Part shown: positions 37,094-46,981 of the stretch, one piece after another
Position numbering within the stretch: the first letter of the stretch is position 1
Layout of the letters: the number at the start of each line of letters is the position of its first letter
NCBI GenBank assembly: GCA_964595645.1
Contig: CAZQQT010000001.1
Span: forward strand, 32,001 to 96,000
Direction: 5' to 3'
Source of the DNA: an uncultured Thermococci archaeon
Lineage (GTDB): Archaea > Methanobacteriota_B > Thermococci > Methanofastidiosales > B48-G16
DNA length: 64,000 bases
Program-made: the position numbers and the translations under genes
Notes under the pieces: model-generated
Seen by the model: the letters and a program-made list of their open reading frames with translations, nothing else
What the model was told of the DNA's origin: nothing
Databases searched by the model: none

Positions 37094-37134
37094 ACAGTAG
37101 TCTTTCTTCGCAGTGTATAAAATCTTTGCTGTGG

Positions 37135-37939
37135 TTATGTAACATCAACGTTGAGTCCCTTTTCTAGTTCCTCGTGGGTGGTACTGTCCGCCACTTCCCA
37201 AAACCATTCCTCAGCCTCGGCACGGTTGGCACGAACAGTTTCTGGAGTTGCGGCAAAGGCGAGTCTCTGTAGCCGTGTTACTACTTCAGCTGGTAGATCG
37301 TAGTGAATGTACCGGTAATAGAAGTTGTAGTGGAGCGGACAGTACTTCATTCTGAGGACCTCCACGAGGGGCTTGTAGGTGAAGTTCAGATAGAATAGGA
37401 GGGCCTCGATATCATTCTCCCGATGTAACTCTTTGAGTGTCAAGACCTGAAACAGCTGGAACGTCACTTTGAGCTCCTCCAATCTCGATTCAAGTTTTTG
37501 TAGAAAGGTTTCTCTGTTCACAGGATTATTTTTTACGATGTCCGCTTTGTCAAAATGAATCGTGGGCTCACCGTGGATCTCGTACTGAAGAAACTTATCC
37601 TCGCTGGATCGCTTCATGAACACAGTATCCAAGAAAAGGAAAGGGCTTGTCTCCCTTGAGGGTACAGAAAACTTGGGAGTGTCCGTGCCATGTAGGTTCT
37701 GGAAGTCTGTGCCATAGATCGATCTCCGAGAGGGTCAGCAGTGCTTTTTTCGTTGCACCGATGGTCTCTTCCACCCGTTCATCATCGCAGGCAATGTACA
37801 GATCAATATCCGACCACTCATCAATTCTGCCAAACCCCGCAGCACCCGCTTCCCACAAGGCATAGACATAATCCAACGGCTTGAGGCGCTCGATGAGTGT
37901 TGTTATAATAATTTCACGTCTAAGAGACTTTTTCTTCAT
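37135..37939 (-). pseudogene. Nucleotidyltransferase-domain protein, frameshifted
   Basis: GA..FGRIDEWSDIDL in the 5' piece. One extra G near 37653-37655 joins the pieces as ...LKETSPFLFLDTVFMK. Confidence 0.78.
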
Positions 37940-38064
37940 TTTTTTTCAATCTCCTTTTTTGTATTCTTCTATGTAACAGTATATAAATTCTTCATAGAAT
38001 ACTTACCTTCTACGGGACACGATACGAAAGAAAAATACTTATAAGAAAGAAGAGTTCCTCCTTC

Positions 38065-39396
38065 ATGCTGAGAAAACGGTTATGGAATCTGGCGTGGCCC
38101 GCCATCATGGCAAACGTGAGCACAACACTTGTCAGTTTGATCGATATGGTGATGGTGGGACAGCTGGGCTCCCTCACCGTGGCGAGTGTCGGACTAGGAG
38201 GACAGTTTTCATGGTTCATGATGCCGTTAATGTTTGCTATCTCCACGGGGACGATTGCAATCGTGGCCCGGTATATCGGTGCGGGAGATCCAGAGACAGC
38301 CGGAAGAGTCGCTGAACAGAGCATCTACCTCTCCTTCTTCATGAGCATTCCGGTGATACTAGTAGGTGTAGTGTTGGGAGATAACGCGCTGGCATTGATG
38401 GGTGCTGAACAGGAGGTGATAGAGCTTGGATATTCATACATACGGATTATCTTTGCCTTCTACTCCTTCCAATTTGTGGGCTTCACCGTTCTCGCTGCAC
38501 TTCGAGGAGCTGGAGACACGAAAACACCTATGAAACTCACGATACTCACTAATATCAGTAATGTGATTCTCAACTATCTTCTCATTTTTGGGATGTATGG
38601 ATTTCCTCGCTTGGAGGTTCAAGGAGCGGCATTGGCCACAGGAGCATCGTGGTTACTTACCTTTGTTGTGGGCTACGTACTCCTCACCCAGGGAAAGCTT
38701 GTGTTGCGTCTCAATATGCGATACACACTCGATAGAGCAATTTCCGTCCGAATTTTGAGGATCGGTATGCCCGCTACCATAGAACAGTTTGTGTTCAGTT
38801 TTTACAATTTCATCTACATCAGTATCATTACCAGGTTCGGTACCTTAGCGCTGGCTGCGCATCAGATCGGACTGCGCGTGGAGAGTATCGCCTATATGCC
38901 TGCCTTCGGATTCAATATTGCTACCGCATCGCTAGTGGGGCAGTATCTTGGATCGGAAGAAGAGGAAAATGCAGAAAAAACAGTGCACGAATCTCTTAAG
39001 ATGGTATCACTCTTCATGGGGGTGATGGGTGTGATTCTCGTCATCTTCCCGAGGTATCTCGTGATGCCTTTCCTCGACAGTGCAGACCCTTACTACGGAG
39101 ATGTCCTCCATCTCGCCTCCATCTACCTCATCATCGTCGGTATCTCAGAAGTTCCATTAGGATGGATTTTCTCGCTGAATGGTGCGCTACGAGGTGCAGG
39201 AGATACCCGATCCCCCTTATATGTGACTATTGTGAGTAAATTATTTTTTAGGCTTCTTCCCTCGTTTATTCTTGGATTCACCCTGGGCTATGGAGTAATG
39301 GGCGCGTGGGCTGCCATGACTATAGAAACGTTCACCACTGCAGCCATGCTCTACTGGATATTTAGACGAGGGAAATGGAAACATGTGAGCGTCTAG
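38065..39396 (+). CDS. MATE family efflux transporter
   Basis: LAWP, IDMVMVGQLG, LRGAGDTKTP, GAALAT, IGMP. Confidence 0.95.
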   Translation: MLRKRLWNLAWPAIMANVSTTLVSLIDMVMVGQLGSLTVASVGLGGQFSWFMMPLMFAISTGTIAIVARYIGAGDPETAGRVAEQSIYLSFFMSIPVILVGVVLGDNALALMGAEQEVIELGYSYIRIIFAFYSFQFVGFTVLAALRGAGDTKTPMKLTILTNISNVILNYLLIFGMYGFPRLEVQGAALATGASWLLTFVVGYVLLTQGKLVLRLNMRYTLDRAISVRILRIGMPATIEQFVFSFYNFIYISIITRFGTLALAAHQIGLRVESIAYMPAFGFNIATASLVGQYLGSEEEENAEKTVHESLKMVSLFMGVMGVILVIFPRYLVMPFLDSADPYYGDVLHLASIYLIIVGISEVPLGWIFSLNGALRGAGDTRSPLYVTIVSKLFFRLLPSFILGFTLGYGVMGAWAAMTIETFTTAAMLYWIFRRGKWKHVSV

Positions 39397-39448
39397 CGTG
39401 CCTCTCATGGAAGGTATATTTTAAATATCGCTTCGTGGAGTAGTATCT

Positions 39449-40144
39449 ATGCGAAAGGTCGTGCTCACGCTGAACACAGAGAAGATCTCTACTTTCTTCC
39501 CCCAGTTTATGCAGGAGATATTTGAGATGGTCGAGTATATCGAGGGGAAGGCACTCCTGAAACTTGACTTTGAGAAGGGAATCAAGATCGTGGTATGCGA
39601 TATAAAAATGAAGGAAGGGCACACACTGGATGATCTGTCTCTTCCCGAGTACTCAAATCTCACGCTCATGGAACAAAAGGGAGACACGTACACATGTTTG
39701 ATCAAAGCCAAGTTTAAAAGCCTCTATAACACAGATGCCGACTTTTCCAAGGAACAGCTCGCAAGATTTACGGAAGCGTTTAATGTTGGGGATATGATAT
39801 TTGATTTCCCAATGTACTTCTCAAAGGAAAAATTAGTATTTTCTATAATCGCGGACAACGAGGAGATAAAAAGGATGCTGGATATGGTGGAGCCACTGGA
39901 TATCATCGAGAGTGTCTCCTTCCACCCAGCTGTTATCTCCGAGTACAACGTGCTTTCCTCTCTCACTCCACGTCAACGCGAGGTGCTCCTCACTGCAAAA
40001 AAACGGGGATACTACGAGATTCCGAGAAAGATAAACGCTGCCGATATTTCGAAGGAATTTGGAATCAGCAAGGCAACAACACTTGAACATCTACGAAAGG
40101 CCGAAAATCGTATTATTTCGTCGCTTCTCGCAGGCGTCAAGTAG
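39449..40144 (+). CDS. HTH_10 (bacterio-opsin activator-like) transcriptional regulator
   Basis: LTPRQREVL..GYYEIPR..EHLRKAE. Confidence 0.88.
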   Translation: MRKVVLTLNTEKISTFFPQFMQEIFEMVEYIEGKALLKLDFEKGIKIVVCDIKMKEGHTLDDLSLPEYSNLTLMEQKGDTYTCLIKAKFKSLYNTDADFSKEQLARFTEAFNVGDMIFDFPMYFSKEKLVFSIIADNEEIKRMLDMVEPLDIIESVSFHPAVISEYNVLSSLTPRQREVLLTAKKRGYYEIPRKINAADISKEFGISKATTLEHLRKAENRIISSLLAGVK

Positions 40145-40251
40145 AGAATATCATTACGTTTTTCGATGAAACAATGATCGTCAAAAGTCTCTAATTTTTA
40201 TACATATACCTGTGTAAAAAGCTTTTTAAATCACGCAGTGTAAACACAAAC

Positions 40252-40374
40252 ATGGGAAAGATCGATGAGAATAGTTCCATACTCATCTCAAAAAATGGAG
40301 CGAAGTACTCTTCTACTGGAACAACTCTTGTCAACGGTTATGCGAATGGCATTGATTGTCAGGTGGTTGCGTGA
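40252..40374 (+). CDS. Putative 40-aa leader ORF upstream of the pur operon
   Basis: ATG about 22 nt after TTTTTAAA, and its stop overlaps the purS start (GTGA). Confidence 0.4.
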   Translation: MGKIDENSSILISKNGAKYSSTGTTLVNGYANGIDCQVVA

Positions 40375-40574
40375 CGAAAGTGTATGTGAAATATAAAGAA
40401 GGAATTATCGATCCCGAGGCTGAAAATACAAAGAAAGCATTAACAACGCTGGGCTACGATGTTGCCGATGTGAAGATCTGGAAAGTCTATGAGCTGACAA
40501 CGGATGATGATGTTGAAGAGATGGTTGAACGATTGCTGGCAAACCCTGTGATCCATGAGTATAGAATAGAGTGA
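40371..40574 (+). CDS. purS: FGAM synthase subunit PurS
   Basis: KEGIIDPE, LLANPVI. GTG start after AGGTGG. Confidence 0.93.
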   Translation: MTKVYVKYKEGIIDPEAENTKKALTTLGYDVADVKIWKVYELTTDDDVEEMVERLLANPVIHEYRIE

Positions 40575-40578
40575 GCCC

Positions 40579-42846
40579 ATGGTTGAAGAAATATCCCTTG
40601 ATGCGGACGACGAGGTCCTCAAGGAGCTCAGTCAAAAACTCGGTATAGGATTGAATTTGGAAGAAATGCATTGGGTACGGGACTATTTCGATTCTGAAGG
40701 GAGAAATCCTCGCGATATTGAGCTTCAGGCTGTTGGACAGGCGTGGAGTGAACACTGCTCGTATAAGTCATCAAAACCCATACTACGGAAGTTTATTTTC
40801 GGTATAGAAGCAGAACAAAATCTAAAGGTTATTGAGGAGGATGCAGGTGTTGTGGAGTTTGATGATGACTACGCGTACGTTGTTGCACTCGAAAGTCACA
40901 ATCATCCCTCAGCAATAGAACCCTACGGGGGAGCGGCCACGGGAATCGGAGGGATTCTTCGGGACGTTGTCTGTATGGGCGCGCAACCGGTAGCCCTGGT
41001 TGATCCGTTGTTTTTTGGCAGCCTCAATTTTGAGTACAAAAATCTTCCCCAAGGAGTGAAACATCCACAGTTTATTCGTGATGGTGTCATCGCTGGAATC
41101 CGTGACTACGGAAATAGAGTTGGCATTCCCACCGTTGCAGGAATGATATATCACGATAACTCGTATCTCACAAACTGTCTTGTGAACGTTGGCTGTGTGG
41201 GTATTGTTGAGAAGGATCACATCACGAGCAGCCGAATCTCCAAAGATACGGGAGAAACAGGGGACGTGTTTCTCTTACTGGGAGGCCGAACAGGACGAGA
41301 TGGTATCCATGGCGTCACCTTCGCCTCCACAGAACTCAAAGAAGAATCGGAAAAGGAAGATAGGAGCGCCGTTCAGGTAGGAAATCCGATTATCAAGGAG
41401 CCATTGATACACGTCTGCCTTGAGGCTGTGGAGAGGAACCTGATTAAAGCGATGAAAGACCTCGGCGGAGGTGGATTGAGCTGCTGTGTTGACGAGATGG
41501 CATATCCACACTTTGGCGCTGAAGTCACCTTGGACAAAGTGTTCCTGAAAGAGGAAGATATGGAGCCATGGGAGATATGGATTTCAGAGTCGCAAGAACG
41601 AATGATGATGCTCGTGGACAACGAGAATGTCAATGAGATCATTGATATCTGCGAGCTCTGGGATATTGAGTACGGTATCATCGGTGAGCTCACGGAAGAT
41701 AAACGGATAAAGGTTACCTACCATGGAGAACAGATTCTCGACATGGACATTGGGTTTCTCGTGGAGCCGCCGGAATATGATAGACCATACACGATACGAG
41801 AAATAGAGGAACAGGAAGAGGAAACAGAGGAGCCGCAGTATGAAGAAACGATCCTTGAACTTCTGAGCTCCCAAAATATACGGCGGAAGGACCTTGCGAT
41901 ACAGCAGTACGATCACGAGGTGAGGGCGTGTACAGTGACCAAACCGCTCCAAGGAAAAATTGAATCGCCTACCCATTCCGATTCCGTCGTTATGAAACCT
42001 CTCCCTACTAGATGGCAAGGAATAGCTCTGGCCACGGACAGTCATCCCTCCCTCATGAAGAAAAGCCCTTACTGGGGAGCACGGTACATTGTGGACGAAG
42101 TCTGTAGGAACATTATCGCATCGGGAGCCCGACCCCACTCCTTCGCGGACTGCCTAAACTTCGGCAACCCGGAGAAAGAGGAGCGGATGGGCGAGTTCTA
42201 CGAGGCCTGCCGAGGTCTCGGTGAGTATGCAAAGGCACTGGGCATTCCCTTTGTGTCCGGCAACGTGTCCTTCTACAATGAGAGTGAGTACTACAGTGTG
42301 ACGCCCACCCCTGTCGTTCTTGGTATAGGTATCATCGATGACATCAGAAAGAGTATCACTACAGATTTCAAGAGTAATGGCGATCTGATCATCCTCATCG
42401 GGGATCTGAAAAAAGAGATGGCAGGTTCCGCCTACTACAACCTTCAGGGGTATGAGTTTGGGCATATGCCCAAATGTGATCCAGAGAAGCTCAAGAAGAA
42501 AATGAATGCGCTACTGGAAGCAAAAAATTTCATTGAGGCATGCCACGACGTGAGTTCGGGGGGTCTGGCTGTGACTGTGTGCGAGATGATGGTGGGGGGA
42601 GATATCGGCGCATCTCTCGATCTGAGCGGGATCTCTATGAGAACAGATTATTCACTGTTCTCCGAGCCATCATGTTTTGTCTGTGAGATACAGAAAAAGC
42701 ATTTTAATGAGTTTGTAAAAATAATGGAGAACCACAACGTCAGTTACCACGAAATAGGCAAGGTGTCTGGAGAAGCACTGGAAATTGTAGACAAAGACAA
42801 AAAAATAATGCTTCCGCTTTCCAAAATAAAGGAGGCGTTTTTATGA
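40579..42846 (+). CDS. purL: FGAM synthase subunit PurL
   Basis: WSEHCSYKSS, ESHNHPS, GRDGIHG, DLGGGG, SESQERM, GNVSFYN. Confidence 0.98.
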   Translation: MVEEISLDADDEVLKELSQKLGIGLNLEEMHWVRDYFDSEGRNPRDIELQAVGQAWSEHCSYKSSKPILRKFIFGIEAEQNLKVIEEDAGVVEFDDDYAYVVALESHNHPSAIEPYGGAATGIGGILRDVVCMGAQPVALVDPLFFGSLNFEYKNLPQGVKHPQFIRDGVIAGIRDYGNRVGIPTVAGMIYHDNSYLTNCLVNVGCVGIVEKDHITSSRISKDTGETGDVFLLLGGRTGRDGIHGVTFASTELKEESEKEDRSAVQVGNPIIKEPLIHVCLEAVERNLIKAMKDLGGGGLSCCVDEMAYPHFGAEVTLDKVFLKEEDMEPWEIWISESQERMMMLVDNENVNEIIDICELWDIEYGIIGELTEDKRIKVTYHGEQILDMDIGFLVEPPEYDRPYTIREIEEQEEETEEPQYEETILELLSSQNIRRKDLAIQQYDHEVRACTVTKPLQGKIESPTHSDSVVMKPLPTRWQGIALATDSHPSLMKKSPYWGARYIVDEVCRNIIASGARPHSFADCLNFGNPEKEERMGEFYEACRGLGEYAKALGIPFVSGNVSFYNESEYYSVTPTPVVLGIGIIDDIRKSITTDFKSNGDLIILIGDLKKEMAGSAYYNLQGYEFGHMPKCDPEKLKKKMNALLEAKNFIEACHDVSSGGLAVTVCEMMVGGDIGASLDLSGISMRTDYSLFSEPSCFVCEIQKKHFNEFVKIMENHNVSYHEIGKVSGEALEIVDKDKKIMLPLSKIKEAFL

Positions 42847-43619
42847 TTGCAATTCTTCGAATGGAAGGCACCAATAACGAACAAGAGATATACAACTCCT
42901 TTGCAGCGTTAGACTGTTCTGTGGAGATGGTTCACCTGAAGCAGTTCACTGGGGAAGCAAGAAAAGAGTTGTGTCGAAATATTTTTGACTATGAAGGGAT
43001 CATGATTCCCGGTGGATTTTCTGTGGGCGACTACGTGAGGGCAGGTGCGATCTTCGGTGCCAGACTCAAGAAGATCCAGGAAGATCTTGAGGAGTTTGTG
43101 AAGGATGGGAGGATCATTGGGGGCATCTGCAACGGATTCCAGGTACTCACTGAAGTGGGACTGTTGCCCGGAAACGATGATATCATTGTCCCCAAACCAC
43201 AGATTTCACTGGCAGTGAACGATTCCGGCCGATTTGAGTGTAGACATATTTTTTTAAAGCATGAAAATCCATGTCATTTCACAGAAAAGTACAAGAAAAA
43301 TGAGATCCTACAGGTTCCAATTGCCCATGCGGAGGGAAAGTTTATCACATCTCAGCGAATCCTCGACGCACTCAACGAGAACAACCAAATAATATTCAAG
43401 TATGTCAATAGATCCGGAGAGTACACAGGGTATCCCTCGAATCCCAATGGTTCAATGGAGAATATTGCAGGGATATCCAACCCGGAAGGTAATGTATTTG
43501 GGATGATGCCGCATCCCGAACGAATATTCTACCCCTATCTCCACCAGGAGAAAAAGACAGCTGGAGATGGGAGACGATTTTTTGAGAGTATTGTAGCATA
43601 TATAAGGAGGAGAGGATAA
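42843..43619 (+). CDS. purQ: FGAM synthase glutaminase subunit PurQ
   Basis: PGGFS.GD, GICNGFQ, AHAEG, GMMPHPER. Confidence 0.97.
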   Translation: MIAILRMEGTNNEQEIYNSFAALDCSVEMVHLKQFTGEARKELCRNIFDYEGIMIPGGFSVGDYVRAGAIFGARLKKIQEDLEEFVKDGRIIGGICNGFQVLTEVGLLPGNDDIIVPKPQISLAVNDSGRFECRHIFLKHENPCHFTEKYKKNEILQVPIAHAEGKFITSQRILDALNENNQIIFKYVNRSGEYTGYPSNPNGSMENIAGISNPEGNVFGMMPHPERIFYPYLHQEKKTAGDGRRFFESIVAYIRRRG

Positions 43620-44980
43620 TGTGTGGTATTATAGGAATTAAAGACAAAGATGTGTCGTATTCCATATGTAGGGGCTTAAACGTGATTCAACATCGTGGAC
43701 AGTCCTCATGTGGAATAATAACGGAGTATAATGGAAAATACTATATGAAAAAGGACGAAGGACTTGTCAATAATGTTTTCGATCAGCAAAGTCTCGTTGA
43801 TCTTCTCGGTGATGTCGGTCTAGGGCATGTGAGGTATCCTACAGTGGGTACCGATCCGAAAAAGAATGCCCAGCCCTTTTTCACACTCGATCCACGAATT
43901 GCAATGGTCCACAACGGGAATGTGTCCAACTACTACCAGTTAAAAGAGGAGCTTCTACAAAACGGACGAAAGATTGAGACTGGATGTGATGTGGAGGTGA
44001 TACTCCACTGTCTGGCCGAGGAACTCAAAGAAACGAAGGATATTGAGGACGCGGTCTATAATGTAATGGAGCGGGTAGAGGGATCCTACTCATGTTTGGC
44101 ACTGGTCGGTGATACACTTGTTGCATTCCGCGATCCCTACGCGATACGTCCCTTCGTATATGGAGAGAACGGTTCCTCGTACACCTTTGCCTCAGAGTCT
44201 TCTGCATTAGATCTCATGGGGTACACACTGAAACGCGATCTGAAGCCGGGTGAGCTCGTCATTGCGGACGATGGCGTTGAGAGTACTGTGGTAAACAATA
44301 AGGGACGGAGACACTGCATGTTTGAGTATGTATATTTTTCACGCCCTGATTCTGTCATAGAGGGAAAAACAGTCTATAACGTTCGGTTGAAACTCGGAGA
44401 AAACATTGATTTCGATAAAGATGCTGACATTGTCATTCCCGTTCCTGACACGGCACGACCTGCCGCCCTTGGTTTTTCGAAAAAGCATGGCATCGAGTAT
44501 AAGGAGGGACTGTTAAAGAATAGGTACACGGGAAGAACATTCATCATGCCAACACAGAAAAAGAGAGAGAAGGCAGTAAAACGAAATTTAAACTGTATAA
44601 AAAGTGTTATCAAAGATAAAAAAGTTGTTGTCTTCGATGATTCGATTGTACGGGGGACGACGTCAACACGAATTGTGACATTACTGCGGAGTGTAGGAGC
44701 CGAGGAGGTACATTTTGTTTCCTCATGTCCCAAGATTCTCTATCCCTGTTTCTACGGTATTGATTTCCCCTCGAAGGAGGAACTCATCGCGAGAAGAGAT
44801 TACAAAGAGGTGATCGGTGCAGATTCGGTTACCTACCCGAGTATTGACGGACTAAAAAAGGCGATAGGAACAAAAAATCTCTGTATGGCATGTCTCGATG
44901 GCGATTACATAATAGAACCGAGAGAAACATTTGCCACGAAGCGGCGAGAAGAGCGGGAGGAAATGGAGGTGGTACAGTGA
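43619..44980 (+). CDS. purF: Amidophosphoribosyltransferase
   Basis: MCGIIG, QHRGQ, GHVRY, HNGN, FDDSIVRGTT, Fe-S Cys motifs. Confidence 0.98.
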   Translation: MCGIIGIKDKDVSYSICRGLNVIQHRGQSSCGIITEYNGKYYMKKDEGLVNNVFDQQSLVDLLGDVGLGHVRYPTVGTDPKKNAQPFFTLDPRIAMVHNGNVSNYYQLKEELLQNGRKIETGCDVEVILHCLAEELKETKDIEDAVYNVMERVEGSYSCLALVGDTLVAFRDPYAIRPFVYGENGSSYTFASESSALDLMGYTLKRDLKPGELVIADDGVESTVVNNKGRRHCMFEYVYFSRPDSVIEGKTVYNVRLKLGENIDFDKDADIVIPVPDTARPAALGFSKKHGIEYKEGLLKNRYTGRTFIMPTQKKREKAVKRNLNCIKSVIKDKKVVVFDDSIVRGTTSTRIVTLLRSVGAEEVHFVSSCPKILYPCFYGIDFPSKEELIARRDYKEVIGADSVTYPSIDGLKKAIGTKNLCMACLDGDYIIEPRETFATKRREEREEMEVVQ

Positions 44981-46254
44981 AAGTTCTCCTTATCGGGCAC
45001 GGCGCCCGGGAGCACTGCATTGCAGAAGCGCTGGACTGCGAGCTCTACAGCTTTATGAAGAACAGGAATCCCGGTATCATGGAGCTTTCCGAAGAGGCTG
45101 TAATCTCGGAGCTCAACCTTGAAAAACTCGGAAAGTTTGCCAAACGGGTAAATCCAGACTTTGCGGTAATAGGGCCAGAAGGACCACTGGAGAAGGGGGT
45201 GGTTGATCATTTACGATCCCTCGATATCGCATGTTTCGGGCCTCCAAAGCAACTCGCACGCATAGAAACGAGCAAAGCGTTCACTAGGGAACTGATGGAG
45301 AAATATAACATACCTGGTACTCCCGAGTTCAGAGTATTCGAGAGCATGGACGGTATGAAAGCGTACATGAAGGACCTCGACGATTTTGTGGTAAAACCGG
45401 ATGGACTCACCGGTGGAAAGGGCGTGAAGGTGCTTGGAGAACATCTCGACGGCATCGAGGACTCGTTGGCCTACGCAGAGAAAGTGCTGACTAACCACGA
45501 CTCTGTGATTGTAGAAGAACGGCTGGATGGAGAGGAGTTCTCACTTCAGTGTATCGCCGATGGAAAGCATCTCGCCACCACTGTCCCAGCACAGGACCAT
45601 AAGAGAGCATACGAAGGCGACGAAGGACCCAATACAGGTGGAATGGGATCATATTCTATGGAGGATCATCTTCTTCCATTTTTAGAGAAAAAAGACATTG
45701 AAAAAGCAAGAGAAATAACGACCAAGGTAATGGACGCGTTGTATAAAGAAACAGGAGAGTACTACATTGGGATTCTATACGGCGGATTTATTCTCACGAA
45801 AGACGGTGTGAAACTTCTGGAATACAACGCTCGACTGGGTGATCCCGAAGCCATGAACGTCCTCCCCATACTGAAGAATGATTTTGCAGAGGTGTGTGAG
45901 TCTGCGATTCATCAAAAATTAACAGGAATGGAGTTTGAGAAGAAGGCTACCGTCTGTAAGTACGTTGTTCCTAAGGGTTACCCCACAAACCCAATACCGG
46001 GTAAACTCGAAATTCCTGAGAGGGATGCTCGGCTGTACTACGCCTCAGTGGATCTTCGAGAGGACGGCCTCCACATGACAACTTCACGGGCCGCTGCCTT
46101 CGTCGGTATCGCTGACACAATCACAGAGGCTGAAACCATCGCGCAAGACGCCGTGGAGAAGGTAAAGGGGAACATACGGTACAGGAGTGATATCGGTACC
46201 CAGGAACTGCTACAGCGGCGGATAGATCATATGAAGGGGGTAAGGGGAAAATAA
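44977..46254 (+). CDS. purD: Phosphoribosylamine-glycine ligase
   Basis: GHGAREH, GPEGPL, GKGV, QDHKR, GPNTGGMG, EYNARLGDPE. GTG start overlaps the purF stop. Confidence 0.98.
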   Translation: MKVLLIGHGAREHCIAEALDCELYSFMKNRNPGIMELSEEAVISELNLEKLGKFAKRVNPDFAVIGPEGPLEKGVVDHLRSLDIACFGPPKQLARIETSKAFTRELMEKYNIPGTPEFRVFESMDGMKAYMKDLDDFVVKPDGLTGGKGVKVLGEHLDGIEDSLAYAEKVLTNHDSVIVEERLDGEEFSLQCIADGKHLATTVPAQDHKRAYEGDEGPNTGGMGSYSMEDHLLPFLEKKDIEKAREITTKVMDALYKETGEYYIGILYGGFILTKDGVKLLEYNARLGDPEAMNVLPILKNDFAEVCESAIHQKLTGMEFEKKATVCKYVVPKGYPTNPIPGKLEIPERDARLYYASVDLREDGLHMTTSRAAAFVGIADTITEAETIAQDAVEKVKGNIRYRSDIGTQELLQRRIDHMKGVRGK

Positions 46255-46270
46255 ACATCGCTAGTGCTTT

Positions 46271-46948
46271 CTATAACTTTTTAAAGTCTTTACTCTTTAT
46301 AAAATTCCTCACTTTTTCTGATGCATTGGTGTGTAGTGGCTTGCCGTGGCCACTCAATAGGATATCAAACTCGAACTCTGCGATTTTCTCGATAGAGCGT
46401 TTTGCCTCTGTCATATTAATGGTAGGAGGACTGGGTGGCCCTCGAAGCGTTCCTCCGCTGACGCGAAGCGTGTCACCTACAAACATCATTCCCCGTTTCT
46501 CATCGTAGAGTGCAATACTGCCTGGCGTGTGTCCCGGTGTCTCTATCACACTGAATTCCCCAATTTTTCCGTTTTTTATTCTTTTATCGGGATATACAGA
46601 TCCAAATCGTAATAAAAACGAAATAATTCTGGAGAACACACTGAATCCTCGGGAAGAGGGAAGTGGTTCTTCTCCGGCGAGCGCTGCAGCATCCTTCTCG
46701 TGAATGAGTACCTCTGCACCGGTGCGCTCTTTGAGTTCTTGTACACCCCCAACATGATCCAAATGAGCATGGGTGAGTACAATCATTGAAAGTTCGGAGG
46801 GAGTCATTTCACACGAGTTTATATAGTGAAGGATCTTTTTCGCGTTCCTTGGAAGTCCTGTATCTACAAGTAGTGGATTTTCATCCATCACAAGGTAGAC
46901 ATTACCATTCACCCCGTCAACCCAGTGCACACTCTCTATAATTTCCAT
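46271..46948 (-). CDS. MBL-fold metallohydrolase (glyoxalase II-like)
   Basis: THAHLDHVG, TPGHTPG, GD, SGHG. Confidence 0.92.
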   Translation of the reverse strand: MEIIESVHWVDGVNGNVYLVMDENPLLVDTGLPRNAKKILHYINSCEMTPSELSMIVLTHAHLDHVGGVQELKERTGAEVLIHEKDAAALAGEEPLPSSRGFSVFSRIISFLLRFGSVYPDKRIKNGKIGEFSVIETPGHTPGSIALYDEKRGMMFVGDTLRVSGGTLRGPPSPPTINMTEAKRSIEKIAEFEFDILLSGHGKPLHTNASEKVRNFIKSKDFKKL

Positions 46949-46981
46949 GTCTATACTCTCTGTTCTGCTCCTTATTAACTC

